A DNA stretch of 64,000 nt. Origin: Psammoneis japonica (Eukaryota). The first letter of the stretch is position 1; the number at the start of each line of letters is the position of its first letter. The notes below the pieces were generated by a model. The model was not told where the DNA came from, did not search any database, and was given only the letters and a program-made list of their open reading frames with translations. The position numbers were made by a program, and so were the translations under genes. The stretch covers positions 1 through 64,000 of the forward strand of contig QPGO01000033.1 in NCBI GenBank assembly GCA_008632985.1, written 5' to 3'. Below are positions 35,701 to 47,110 of the stretch, piece after piece.

Positions 35701-37498
35701 ATGTTGTTTTCTATCTTTCGTCGTTTCGATGCGTCTGCTCAACACGATCCATCCACGTCACGGTCAGATGAACCTACAGAGGGGACTGTTGACGAATCAA
35801 TCTCAAGCAATAAGGTAAGGCGTGTGATATGTTGCTCCCTAGGGCTAGGTTGATGGTGTCGTTAGGCAGTTTCAAAGTTTCAAGTTCTCACTTCTCTTGT
35901 TCTTTCTTCTGATGATTTAGTCTGCGTTAGGCACTGTAGGAGAAGATACCAAGGAACAAGCTTCCGTTATCACGGGATCGGGTCATATGATAACGACGTC
36001 TATGAACGAAGATTCTTTCGGCACCCCTTCAGTCACCGGTTTGCACGATTCCCGTTCCAAACGCACTCCGTCGGACGATTTTCCTCAATACTTATGCATC
36101 CCGGTTGATTCGCGTGGAACTGCATATCCTTCGAAAGCCTTCACCTCGAGGACACGGCCTGATAATTCGTCGTTTGTTGAAGAGCTTGCGAAGACGCGCC
36201 CAATGAGTTCGACTGAATTGATTGGTGTTCTGAAGGCAGGCATGAATGCGGGACAGGAAACTACACAACATGACTTGCGTTCAGTAGCTCCTATGAATGA
36301 CAAATCGCCCAGCAAGTTTGCTGGACTTTCATGTTCGGTACCCAATGGATTGAGTCGCAATACCAGAGCCGATGATGGCCATCTTGACTTGTTGGCTTCT
36401 GCCTCCGCCAGGATAACGGGCGACAACAATATGTTACCTGCGGGTCATGAAAGTCCGTCTCAAACCCATCGCCTACGACCAAATGCTACTATGATTAACC
36501 CACCACCCGATGCACATGCTGGACTTTCACATTCAGTACCGAATACATTGAGTCCCAATACCAGACACGGCCGTCGTCGTCGCAAATCATCGGCTTCTAT
36601 GCCTGACGTGAGGACGGGATCTAGTAGTCCTGCATCAAGTTCGTTACCACCCGTTACAGATGATGTTAATGCAAAGGCTCAACAGCTTCGATATGTTTTT
36701 AATGGCACTCAAGGTCAAGTGAAGCCACTCGAATCTATTTTGTCGAACTCGTCCATCAATAGCCTGGCTGATGGCGCCAGGCGTGTTGTTTTGGCCAAGG
36801 ACGGAACGCCAATGGCTTGCGTTGGGAACACAATTGAAGTTCTAGCACCCGTGGAAACTCCTGTGTCTGATCAGCGCAAGTGGCAGCGTTGGACAGTGTT
36901 GGAAGATGAAATACTCCGTGGTGCAGTCGAAACCGAAGGCTCTCCTCCCAATTGGAAGATGATTTCGAAGAAGTACTTTCTTGGTGTGCGGTCGGACACC
37001 CAGTGCAAGAACCGTTGGAAAAAGGTAAGATTGGTACTATATGTTGGTGTGCTTAACCCCCTTAAACTTCAGAATCTCACTCTGAAAATGTGCCCATCTC
37101 GTTGCGATTCGTAGGCACTTCAACCAGGCTTGCTTCGTGGCAACTGGACAGCCGAAGAAGATAAGACTATCGTTGACTCCATGGAGAACGGCATGAAGTG
37201 TTCTGATATTGCCAAGCTTCTTCCCGGTCGAATCTCTGAGCAGGTGAAAGAGCGTTGGGTCAACAAATTAGATCCGTCCTTGAAGAAAGAAAATTGGACG
37301 GAAGATGAATTGCACATTCTCTTCGCGGCCCAATCTAGGTTGGGGAACCAATGGAAGAAGATTGCCGAGTTACTACCTGGAAGGTCAGAGAACCATGTGA
37401 AGAACCGTTGGTACAATGCCAAAAATGCAGAGAAGAGACAAAAGGCGAGGACTGAAAGAGAGAAGCGACTCCGCGAGAGCAAGGTATTGCCGGAATGA
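35701..37498 (+). CDS. MYB transcription factor, tandem paralogue; introns 35815..35920, 37025..37114
   Basis: Same three MYB repeats and a near-identical last intron. ATG 35701 is in frame across the first intron. Confidence 0.85.
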
Positions 37499-37863
37499 AT
37501 GTTATTCGTAGATAATTTCCTACAAGCGGGAAGTGGAGAGATTAAATCGTCGAATATCTAGAACAGTTGGGGTTGATAGAGCAACAAATTTTATCATAGT
37601 ATATGTTTTAGAAATCTTTTCACTACTACTCTTGATGATTTGTTTGTGCTGTTGTATTCGACTTGTATTGAAACGCTACGAACTGAGAGCTACGACGACC
37701 ATACAAAAACAAATGACAGCACAGTATTTCAAACCCGAAATGTAATTACGTTTAGAAATCTACAGCTTCAATAGATACTCCAACTTTACTTGGAATACAC
37801 CGCAGCCTCGTAAGACGTTTTCACGGTGAAGTATCACCCCCAGAGATGACGTCTGACGTTGCT

Positions 37864-39273
37864 TTATCCCCTTGGAATGGAATCGGCATAAATCATGCTC
37901 TCTTCCATCTTTCGCTCGGATGCTTCCCTCTGCTTGGCCATGAAGACTTCCATCTCTAAATGAGGGTACGCGAAGAAAAAAAGTAGTGGTAATGAGATAA
38001 TACGAATTGAATTTGTTTTGGTTGAAGACACTGAAAGAAACTCACCAGCCTTGTATCGCTTCATGTCTTCGTCCGCCTTCTTCTTATAGTAGTCTAGCTC
38101 TCCGGGTTCGAGATCCTTCCAGCGTTGTCCAATCATCTTGGCAAGGCTTTCAAAGCCAATCTTGCCGTGAGGAGCCTTCTTTCTTCTCGCGGCGGCTCCT
38201 TCACTCTTGGCCTTGTCCTCGTCGGAACCGCTCTCTCCTTCTTCTTTCTTGTCCTCGTCGGATCCTCCACCCTCTTTGTCTCCTTCTTCTTCCTTGACCT
38301 TTTGCTTCTTGGCCTTGCTTTCCTCATCGCTGCCGCCGGCCTCCTTGTCGCCTTCTTCTTCGTCATCTTCCTTCTTGCGCTTGTCTCCGGCCTTCTTGTC
38401 ACCGTCCTTGTCAGGAATGCTCTTGAGGATACGAGCACGCTCTTCCTTGAAGAAGATGTTATAGGCACTAAGAGGCCTCTTGGGCTTGTCCTTGGGCTTC
38501 TTGCGTGGCAGATTCTTGAGCTTGACGGTTCCTCCTGCGTCACCGGCTCCATCCACACGACCCAAGCCAAACTGCTGTCCCTTATCGCCTCCAAACAAAC
38601 CCGTGTATCCAGAGGGAAAGCCCCCGGTAGCCGCCATGAAAGCGGGGTGGGTCTGCCACGCCCCGGCTCCACCGGCGGCAGCTCCGGCTTGTTGCTGAGC
38701 CAACAGCTGCTGCAAGAGCATGTTTTGCTGTTGATTCGCCATGAGAGCCGCTTCGTTTCCTCCTCCACCAGCACCGCCAAAGTCTTGCCCACCGGCACCT
38801 CCCATACCTGCCCCCATGCCGCCAAATCCACCCATATTTCCATAAAAGCCTCCCTGCAAGGCCATGGCGGCATTCATATTGGCAGCCGCAGCACCTTGAT
38901 CGGCAGCACCTCCCGCCATGCCTTCTTGTTGACCTCCGGCACCAGCGGTTCCACCGGTACCATCGCCTCCACCCATACCACGTGCGGCAAGCATATTCAT
39001 GAGTGCACGGTTGTTGCCAGCAGCACCAAATCCCATCATGGCTTGCTGTTGCATGGCTGCGGCCTGTTGTTGCATGGCCATCATTTGCTGTGCCTGCTGT
39101 GCCGCGGCATCGTCTGCTACTGCTTGACCGTTCTCGGCTCCTCCTCCGCCGCCTTGTTGTTGTTGCTGCTGCTGCTGTTGCTGACGAGCCATCATGAGGG
39201 CATTGTAATTGTCAGCACCAAAGGCACCCGACTGCATGGCTTGTTCGTATAGTTGCTTTTGATTCTCGTCCAT
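37864..39273 (-). CDS. HMG-box protein with Q/G/M-rich N-terminus; intron 37956..38045
   Basis: KPKRPLSAYNIFFKEERARIL, a charged insert, then HGKIGFESLAKMIGQRWK..DMKRYKA(E)MEVF. Confidence 0.92.
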   Translation of the reverse strand: MDENQKQLYEQAMQSGAFGADNYNALMMARQQQQQQQQQQGGGGGAENGQAVADDAAAQQAQQMMAMQQQAAAMQQQAMMGFGAAGNNRALMNMLAARGMGGGDGTGGTAGAGGQQEGMAGGAADQGAAAANMNAAMALQGGFYGNMGGFGGMGAGMGGAGGQDFGGAGGGGNEAALMANQQQNMLLQQLLAQQQAGAAAGGAGAWQTHPAFMAATGGFPSGYTGLFGGDKGQQFGLGRVDGAGDAGGTVKLKNLPRKKPKDKPKRPLSAYNIFFKEERARILKSIPDKDGDKKAGDKRKKEDDEEEGDKEAGGSDEESKAKKQKVKEEEGDKEGGGSDEDKKEEGESGSDEDKAKSEGAAARRKKAPHGKIGFESLAKMIGQRWKDLEPGELDYYKKKADEDMKRYKAGEFLSVSSTKTNSIRIISLPLLFFFAYPHLEMEVFMAKQREASERKMEESMIYADSIPRG

Positions 39274-40383
39274 GATACAAGTACGTACTCTATTTGTAAT
39301 CGTGTCTATGAAGAAGAGTCATTGTGAAGAAACAGAGTGTCAGAAAATGCGAAGCGTGATATGATTGTTGTTGATTGTGTTTGAATTGCAAAACCGAGTT
39401 GTGTTGATATTGTGATGACAGTCGTCGCTCATGGCGTACCTTTCCTTTGTCTCTAATCACACTCTTGGTTGACTTATGATGGACGTTTCCGACTTGTTAT
39501 GAAGTCAGGACGGTCTCGTTGTAATGGTGTGCTCGACGAGAGTTATGAAAAAGGCGTCTTGTCAATTTTGTTCGTGACATTTCTACAATGGACTCGTAGA
39601 ACGCTACATAAATGCGGTATGTGCCCCAAGTGACGCGGAGAAAAAACAATTAACACATGCGTGATACCGCAGCTCTACGTGAGCATAAGTGCCATTGTGG
39701 GCGATAGTGAGCGAAGGCCGTTGGTCAAACGAAAACTCTAAATAATCATTGAATTGTATATGGTCAGGTAGAAGAATGAAATGATCGCAAATGAGAGAAC
39801 CCGGAAAATGAAAATTTCGCAGCGCGACTGAAAACAAGATCTGTCCATTCCACATGGTATCTCAGTATGTTTCTACTTCAAAATCGGGATTACCCAAATG
39901 ACCCTAATTATTTATAACAGAGATCCGTCCATTATTTATCAATGATTACAAACAAAGGAGCGTTGGCCAATCAAAAAGAGTCACAGAAAAATCCACGATT
40001 AGAAAGTGCCGTTTGAAACAAAGGAATTTTTCATATGGATATATACCGATCCTAATACTTTTAAAATGTCCGCTATGACATTGGATATCCATCGATGTCA
40101 ATAAATAAAAAATAATGACGCACCTCTTTTCCCATAAACGTGGTGAGTGTGCCGTCGCGTGGCACTATTAACGTTACGCGGACGGTCGTATGTACAATAA
40201 ATACGAATCGTGTCGTACATCCGCCGACAAGTGCACCGCACAATTATAATCAGACCACACAATAAAAATTCCTCTAAACACGGCGCTCGTCACTGGAAAG
40301 GCGACAGAGAGAGGTCGTTATTTGTGTACAAGAAACAACCTAACTGCCACTCTTTCTCATTTCCTCACAAATCCAGTGTATCC

Positions 40384-41427
40384 ATGGATAAGACTGGAAT
40401 GCAGAACATCTTTCTCTATGGGGGAAACGCCGCCGCCATGGCGCCCGCTCCTCATTCTGGCGGCGATCAAGGGCATGTTGCGATTGCTCCAAACCCGCAG
40501 CAGCAACAACAACAACCCGTAATGTATGCTCCAACCGATCCGTCTGCGGCTGCCATGGCGGCGTATCATTCAAACATGTTTGGCTACTTCAATCAAAGCC
40601 AAGCCGCTGCTCACGCTCATGCTGCTGCAGCCATGGCAGAACAGCGTCTCTCTGGTTCTTACAACGGACAGCAACAGCCGCTTCAGCCTCAGCAACAACA
40701 ACAGCCATACATTGGTTATGGTATGCCTACAAATCCTTACACGACAGCCACTGCGGCTCCGGTTGCCACCAATTGGATGAATTACGGAGCCGCCATGCAT
40801 CAGCAACAAATGCCTACTACTGCGGATGGCGTATCATCCGAGTACACCATGGCCCCGTGGTCCGTCACGTCTGCCGGTGTCCTTAGCAAGATGAACCCCG
40901 AGCAGGAGAAAAAGAAACTGGCTCGCAAAAAGCACAAGGACAAGCCGAAACGTCCTCTCAGTGCGTACAATATTTTCTTCAAGGAAGAACGTGCTCGTAT
41001 TCTGGCGAGTATTCCTGAAAAACAAGACAACAAGGCCGAGGATAATGTGGATGAGGAGGAGGATGCTGACAAGAACAAGACGGGACGCAAGCGCAAAAAG
41101 GCGCACGGTAAGATTGGGTTTGAGAATCTTGCCAAGATTATTGGACATCGATGGCAGGAACTCAAGGGAGACAAGGCGGACAAGTACAAGGAGGCTGCAG
41201 CCAAGGATATGAAGCGCTACAAGGCCGAGATGGAGGTCTTTCTTACAAAGCTAGAAGAGGAAAAGAAGAGCCAAGAGGGATATTACGATGAAGAAGAAGG
41301 AGGAGAACAACAAGAAGCTTACGTGGCGGAAGAACAACAGCCTGCCGAACAAACCGAAGCTGAACAAGAAGAAGAGCATGAAGCCAAGCGAGCCAAGGTG
41401 GATGAGGAGGCTGTGAACACGCCGTAG
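40384..41427 (+). CDS. HMG-box protein, divergently transcribed paralogue
   Basis: KPKRPLSAYNIFFKEERARIL..HGKIGFENLAKIIGHRWQ..DMKRYKAEMEVF, with a Q-rich N-terminus. Confidence 0.92.
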   Translation: MDKTGMQNIFLYGGNAAAMAPAPHSGGDQGHVAIAPNPQQQQQQPVMYAPTDPSAAAMAAYHSNMFGYFNQSQAAAHAHAAAAMAEQRLSGSYNGQQQPLQPQQQQQPYIGYGMPTNPYTTATAAPVATNWMNYGAAMHQQQMPTTADGVSSEYTMAPWSVTSAGVLSKMNPEQEKKKLARKKHKDKPKRPLSAYNIFFKEERARILASIPEKQDNKAEDNVDEEEDADKNKTGRKRKKAHGKIGFENLAKIIGHRWQELKGDKADKYKEAAAKDMKRYKAEMEVFLTKLEEEKKSQEGYYDEEEGGEQQEAYVAEEQQPAEQTEAEQEEEHEAKRAKVDEEAVNTP

Positions 41428-42091
41428 AGACAAATGACGGTATGCTGTCATGGACATACCAATGCACATATTGCTGGGATCGCAATTTTTGATAGACACG
41501 CGGTAGATTTGTACATTTGCAACGAGGGGTACTACATGGTGGGGACTACTGGCATAAACTTTATTATTAGAGTTTGACATTATAGCAAGAAGACTGATAC
41601 TAGCTAGAAGTGCTGGCGCCGCTCTTCGGTACTTAACTAGGAACCTACCTCAACAGGAAGTGTCCGTTCTCAGTTCCATTTCATATCGAGATAACCCACT
41701 ACCTACTCTTGTGGGGTTTGACAGTCGTACCGCTAGAAGACTCGACAAATCACCAGCAGCTAGACTGCTTGCTTGTTCCACGTCAAAGTGCGCTGGCCTC
41801 TGCTTTTCGTCCTTGAAACCAAATCGGGTCAAAATGAGTACACTGTGCTCTGCTTGTGTTTCAGACAAAAAAAATCGCCTGCTCCAAGCTTCGCGCTGGC
41901 GCCAAATAACAATTTTTCAACTAAATATTAAACTACAAAAGTGTGCTCTCTTCTACAAGTGGCGGAAAGTCAGCGGTTTCCTTGCACTATTCCATTCTCC
42001 AGACTTGCAACATGTATGTATGTATCCTGATTTTCGATCCCCCACGTTCACGTGGTAAGTGCGTTTCCGTGACACAGCATATAGTACGTCT

Positions 42092-43346
42092 CTACGTGAA
42101 ACATTCCACATTGCACTGCTTGGGACAAGCAGTGGAAGCCGGAACAGAATTCTGATCAATTTTGTTACAGCGAGATTTACGGAGTCTCTCACACTTGAAG
42201 CGTCCAATCCTTGCACACTTCTTCTGGGACGGTTTGACCCACCGACAACGTCTAATCTTAAATTTCCTCGTAACGAGCCTCCAGTTGCTGTCATTCACGC
42301 AACGAGGATTTCCAGGGGGTGACGGAGTGGGATTCGGCGTAGGAAAAAGGGGAGGAGCGGTTGAAGGAACTATTGCACCACTTGGAATGGGTGTCCTCTG
42401 AGAGACCATTAGAGGCTGAACAGTGCATTGTTCTGCCCCTACTGCTAGACACGAAATGCCACACACATAGTGTCCATGTCTCGTCGCATAATACTCGAAG
42501 CCCGAATCGCAAATGTCGTCCTCCTGGTATCCAATTCTTCCAAAGGTAGTGTCGTAGTATTCTATCTGCATAGTTTGCATGACACGGTTGCCGATCCTTG
42601 CGTCCGGGCATACAGCATTGACTGGATGGGCAATTGATGATGCTTTGAGGTCAGCGGCACTCCTACCAACGCAATCAAATTCAATTGCCGAGGCTTGTAG
42701 AACTAAACGATTTCTTGAATCTATGATTTGTACCTGGCAAGCTATGTACGACCCGCCAGTATTTGAAGGATACGTTTCGCATTCGGGCACTGGGCGAACC
42801 ACACCTGCACTTGGCAAGTCTGGAAAAGCCTTCGCTGCACGCTTGAGAATCGCACTTCCTCTGAAAACCAGTCCCTCACGTGAACAGAAAAGTACAAGCC
42901 TCGCAGTCGTAGTTTCACAGTTTGCAGAAAATTGCTGTTGGCTTGTTTCCCAAGTGGCAAGATAGGAAACTTTGACAAAACCCTCGTCTTCGTCTACAAT
43001 CGCAGGATGGCGAAGAAGAAAACTGACCATGAGTGCAAGACAAACCAATGTACTGTACAGAAGAATGTAGATGCGGGTACGAACGCTGTGGCGACTTGCA
43101 GCGGGCATGGTCGTCACAGTAAAGTGCCGCGGATAACGTACCTGTCCTCACGTCACCTTGAACAACAAATTTTGTCGCACGATCAAAAATGTTGTTCGAC
43201 GGTATTGTCCCTACCGTCTCCTCGTTCAACGAAGAAATCCCATCGGTCTGATCTGAGCTGTATGCCTGTGAGGCAAGAAGCGAGACAGTTGCTAGGAACA
43301 AAAGGAAAGCCTGACAACGGACCCTTGAAGAGGACATCATAGTCAT
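42092..43346 (-). CDS. Putative secreted/surface protein with Pro-rich linker and Cys-rich C-terminal module; exon structure unresolved
   Basis: Signal peptide in the 42915..43346 frame. The 42092..43117 frame ends PTPNPTPSP-CVND..CRW..CPKQC. Possible donor site at about 43141. Confidence 0.55.
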
Positions 43347-44885
43347 TGCTAAGTTGACCTGCCCACTCGGAATTCCAGCTGGTTATTGCTGGCACCGTTT
43401 GTTGCTACGATGATCCGTGTGCGCTTTCGCTAGAGCTATCGGTCGTCGTTGTGGCTTTCGTTGCTTCATTCGGGCTTCATTCGCGCTTGCGAGTGGGCCA
43501 ACCATTTCGCTATGCGACGCCGAACAAAGAAGAAAATGAAAAACGGAGTTGAGGAATACAGACCTGAGAAACTTCAATGTTCCATTTTCCCGCCCTTTTG
43601 ACCACGCGCGCAAACCCGACTGCGAAATTCCATGTTGGTTGTCTAATTTTGTGTCCCTCGAAAAATGTTACTTCGTGCCTTAAAGATGGGATTGATTTTA
43701 TGTCACAACATATGGAATGATTTCTACATGGGATGCAACAAGATTTGGCACATCCCTTTCTCTCTCAAAATCGACCATGATGCCGCTTTTGAAGCCCCCC
43801 AAAACACAGAAGCACCACGTTCAGACAACGAAGAAGAAAGCGACACTTGCAAAGGGCTCTGCCGGCGCCTCACTGAGAAGCTTTCTGTTCCAGATGCAAC
43901 AAAGAGTGGGTCCAACAAGAAGACCACTGAAGCCAAGAATGATCAAGACAAGAAGCACAAAGCACCAACGGATGGCAGCAAGAGCAGTGGGTGTGTTGTG
44001 GCAAAGAGGCCAAGGATGAGCTGGCCCAAGAGGAGCCTTGCCTGCCAGCCATGGCGGGAGCAGTGAATGAGCAGCTTGGCAAGAAAAGCTGGCACTGTGA
44101 TGAGAGAAGCTTGGTCAATGGAGGCATTTGTCAATGATGTTGGAGCAGTGTGATGCCTGTCAGTGCTTTCTCAGAAAAGCGTGCCAACGACGACCCCCCT
44201 GCAAGAGACTCTGAAGCTGCTCTGGCACCACTCTTTGTTGCTTCTCCACTGGAGCCCCATGGAAAGTGTCCATGCTTGATTCCAGCTCAAATCAAGAAAA
44301 CCCACTGCTCCTCCCATGCAAAAGGCTTGACAGTGCGCAATGGAAGACCCAACAAACAACCACCAAGCTCTAGACTGTCCACTCAGAGATTTGCCAGGGG
44401 CACATGCAGTTGGGACAAATTGCTGTCCTTTCCCAGCTTGTTTGTTGGCAATGCAACACAAAGTTGGTGCAGCAATGGCACGTCAATGCTGACTCAGCTC
44501 TGCCAGTGGCATGGACACAAAGAGGGCATTGTGCCAGAAAGTGCACATGATTCTGAGATGGCACAGATGTCTGCACTTGCTTGTTGCAAAGAAAACCCTT
44601 GATGGTGCTTCTTGAGTGACACCCAGTTTTCAACAAGTGCAACCTTTTTGAGCTTCAAAGTGCCAGAGTGGTGATGGTGTCAACAATGATTTGGCTCTTC
44701 CAGCATGTCATCATAAAGCTCTCATTCTGAAGACAGGCACACTCTTCTTGTTTGCTGCCCAGTTCAATGATCATGATGTGACAATGCTGGTTGGTCAGGC
44801 AAATGTTTGGCCCAAGCTCTGATGGATGGAAGGAGGTGGACACAATGGAAAGACCATGTTGCTGGACAGACAAAAACCCATGACC

Positions 44886-44887
<2 letters not shown>

Positions 44888-44916
<29 letters not shown>
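44888..44916 (+). repeat. (CT)n microsatellite
   Basis: Perfect CT run of about 14 units. Confidence 0.95.
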
Positions 44917-44920
<4 letters not shown>

Positions 44921-46179
44921 GCACACTTCATTTGTGAGCCACAAGGTTGCAAAAAAGACTGCTCACACAGCTTGTGTGCTGGTTTGGAGAACAGCACCCA
45001 CACATCTTGTTTGCTGAGCCACAACACGGACACAGCAAACAATTGATGCTCCCAACAATCAACCAGCCTTCAATGATTGGGAGAGGTTGCTCCAATCTCT
45101 CTGCACTGGCTCTCCACATCAGAGTCATTTCTGGGAAGATTTCAAGCTGTGGCAGGGGCAAAATTTTCCTGGAGTTTTGCACTCAGGCAGCAGCTCAAAA
45201 TGTGTTGCCAATCAACCCACTCTGTGACAATTTGTTCAAAGAGTCATCAGCAGTTTGTTCCTTCAACTGTGTGCCAAGGAAGTTGGCAATGTTGTCCTTG
45301 TTGGCTGGCTCAAGCCTTTTGTCATGCAGGAGCCCTGAGCAAGCACACCTGGTCAATGTCTGGCTTGCATCATGCTTTGCCAATCCCACAGCCATCAATG
45401 TGCAGACAGATGATGCAACTGGCTCAAAGCAGGAGGCAAGGGTGCACATGGGCAAAGAGGCATAAAGTGGTGGCTGAAATGTGCCTTGATCTCCTGGCTC
45501 AAGTTGTGCTGGTGGCTCTCATGGACCAGCAAATGAAAGAGCTGCTCTTGACAGGCAGACCACACAGGGGCAGGCAGCAATCCAAGATGAACAGAAGTTT
45601 GGGCTGCACAGACACCTGACAAGTCACATCTGGTTGTGTGCACTGGAAGAGCCCAGAGCACAGCAGGGGCTGCCTGGAAGTCTGCAGCATGCTTTGATGC
45701 GGGGCAGGTCCACACTTCCTGACATCAGTTGCCCACTTGCATCCTTGGCATGTGTTTCTGCATGTGCTTTTGTGCTGATGTCACTCTTTTCCGATGGCAT
45801 TTTGCTGGGTCCCCTGACACCCTTTTGGCCACTTCTGTCATTGGTGTGCCCTCATTTCAGCATCATGTGCAACAATTTTTAGTGGAAACAACTGGCATTG
45901 ATGCCTTGTGGTTCGCATGCTTGTTGCCTTGTTCAGAATTTTTTTCAAATTCAGTGCATTTTCTACACAGGATCTGGTGCAAATTCTGTGCACTTCAGAA
46001 ACACCCACCGATGATTGCAACGTCCTTGATGATGAAAACAACTTCCATTCACACCCGTCAGCCCACCATGATTTCTTTTTCTCCTGCCAGCTGCTCAAGT
46101 CCTTCACCTCATGTGGTGAAAGTGCTTTCTAAAAGGTCAACAAACAAGTTGTTCTTAAGACTTTGAAAGATTGCAGCTG

Positions 46180-47110
46180 GAATCAGATCCAAACTTGGGG
46201 AGCCCCTCTTCATCTGTGAGCCCAGTTGGAGAACCAAGCTGCACTCAAGCAAGCAGTGCTTCAGGAGCACAACAGCACCCATCCTTGTTTTTGCTGGCAG
46301 CAATGCACAGCTGTTGAACTTGATGCAAACTGTGGCAAACTTGCACAAGATCTGTTGTCGACCAACAAGATTGTCCACCGCTACAACCCAACACATCCCG
46401 ACTGCTGCACACACTGCCAACATCTGCTCATGGACAGAGACCACAATTTTGTGGTGCGAACACAATGAGTCTTGGTGGAGCACCTTTCTCCAGTGCTTGC
46501 GGAAGAAGTGTGATGACATGCACACATCTCTGTCACTCCAGGATCTGTTGCTGCATGCTCTTGAGGGATGGTTTCATGACAACTTGCTTCATTCTGAAAA
46601 TGTCCATGAGAGTGCTGTGGCAGTGTTTCAATCTCAAGACAAAGTTGGTTGGAGACAGATTTTCAATGGGTGTTTCTCCTCATTCTGGAACAAAGCTCAA
46701 GCATCACACTTGTTGTCCACTGGTTTGTGTCACTCCTTGTCAGATGAGGAAAGGCACTTAGATTGGGCCGCCATGATTGGCAGTTTTGTGTGTGGTCTCA
46801 ATGGTGGGAACTTTGGGACAGTCACAACGACGCTGTGCATGGGCACAATTCTGAAACAAGAAAGTCCTCACAGTGCCAAGATGCTGAGGCAGAAGTGCAA
46901 GCTGTCTGTTCCAAGGCTGAAAACTGTTTGGCTTGTGATCAATCTGAGTTGCTTGATTCAGTGGAGGAACATCTTACCCATTCGACCCACAGATTGCGCA
47001 ATTGGTTGGCTGTGGTCAGGCCAATGTTCAAGTCAAACGTCCACGAAGCCCGGTGTCCAGCAGTGAGGGGCACTTGCACCATTGCAAGTTGCTTTGGCAT
47101 GGCATCACCT
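46180..47110 (+). mobile_element. Degraded 3' part of a non-LTR (LINE-like) retrotransposon ORF
   Basis: Frameshifted motifs LLSTNKIVHRYNP..CCTHC...DRDH (zinc-knuckle-like), QDKVGWRQIFNG and WELWDSHNDAVHG resemble the C-terminus of LINE ORF2 proteins. Confidence 0.6.

Noticed and set aside
38125..39252. 375-aa Leu-rich plus-strand ORF
   Set aside because: Antisense shadow of the low-complexity HMG-box gene.
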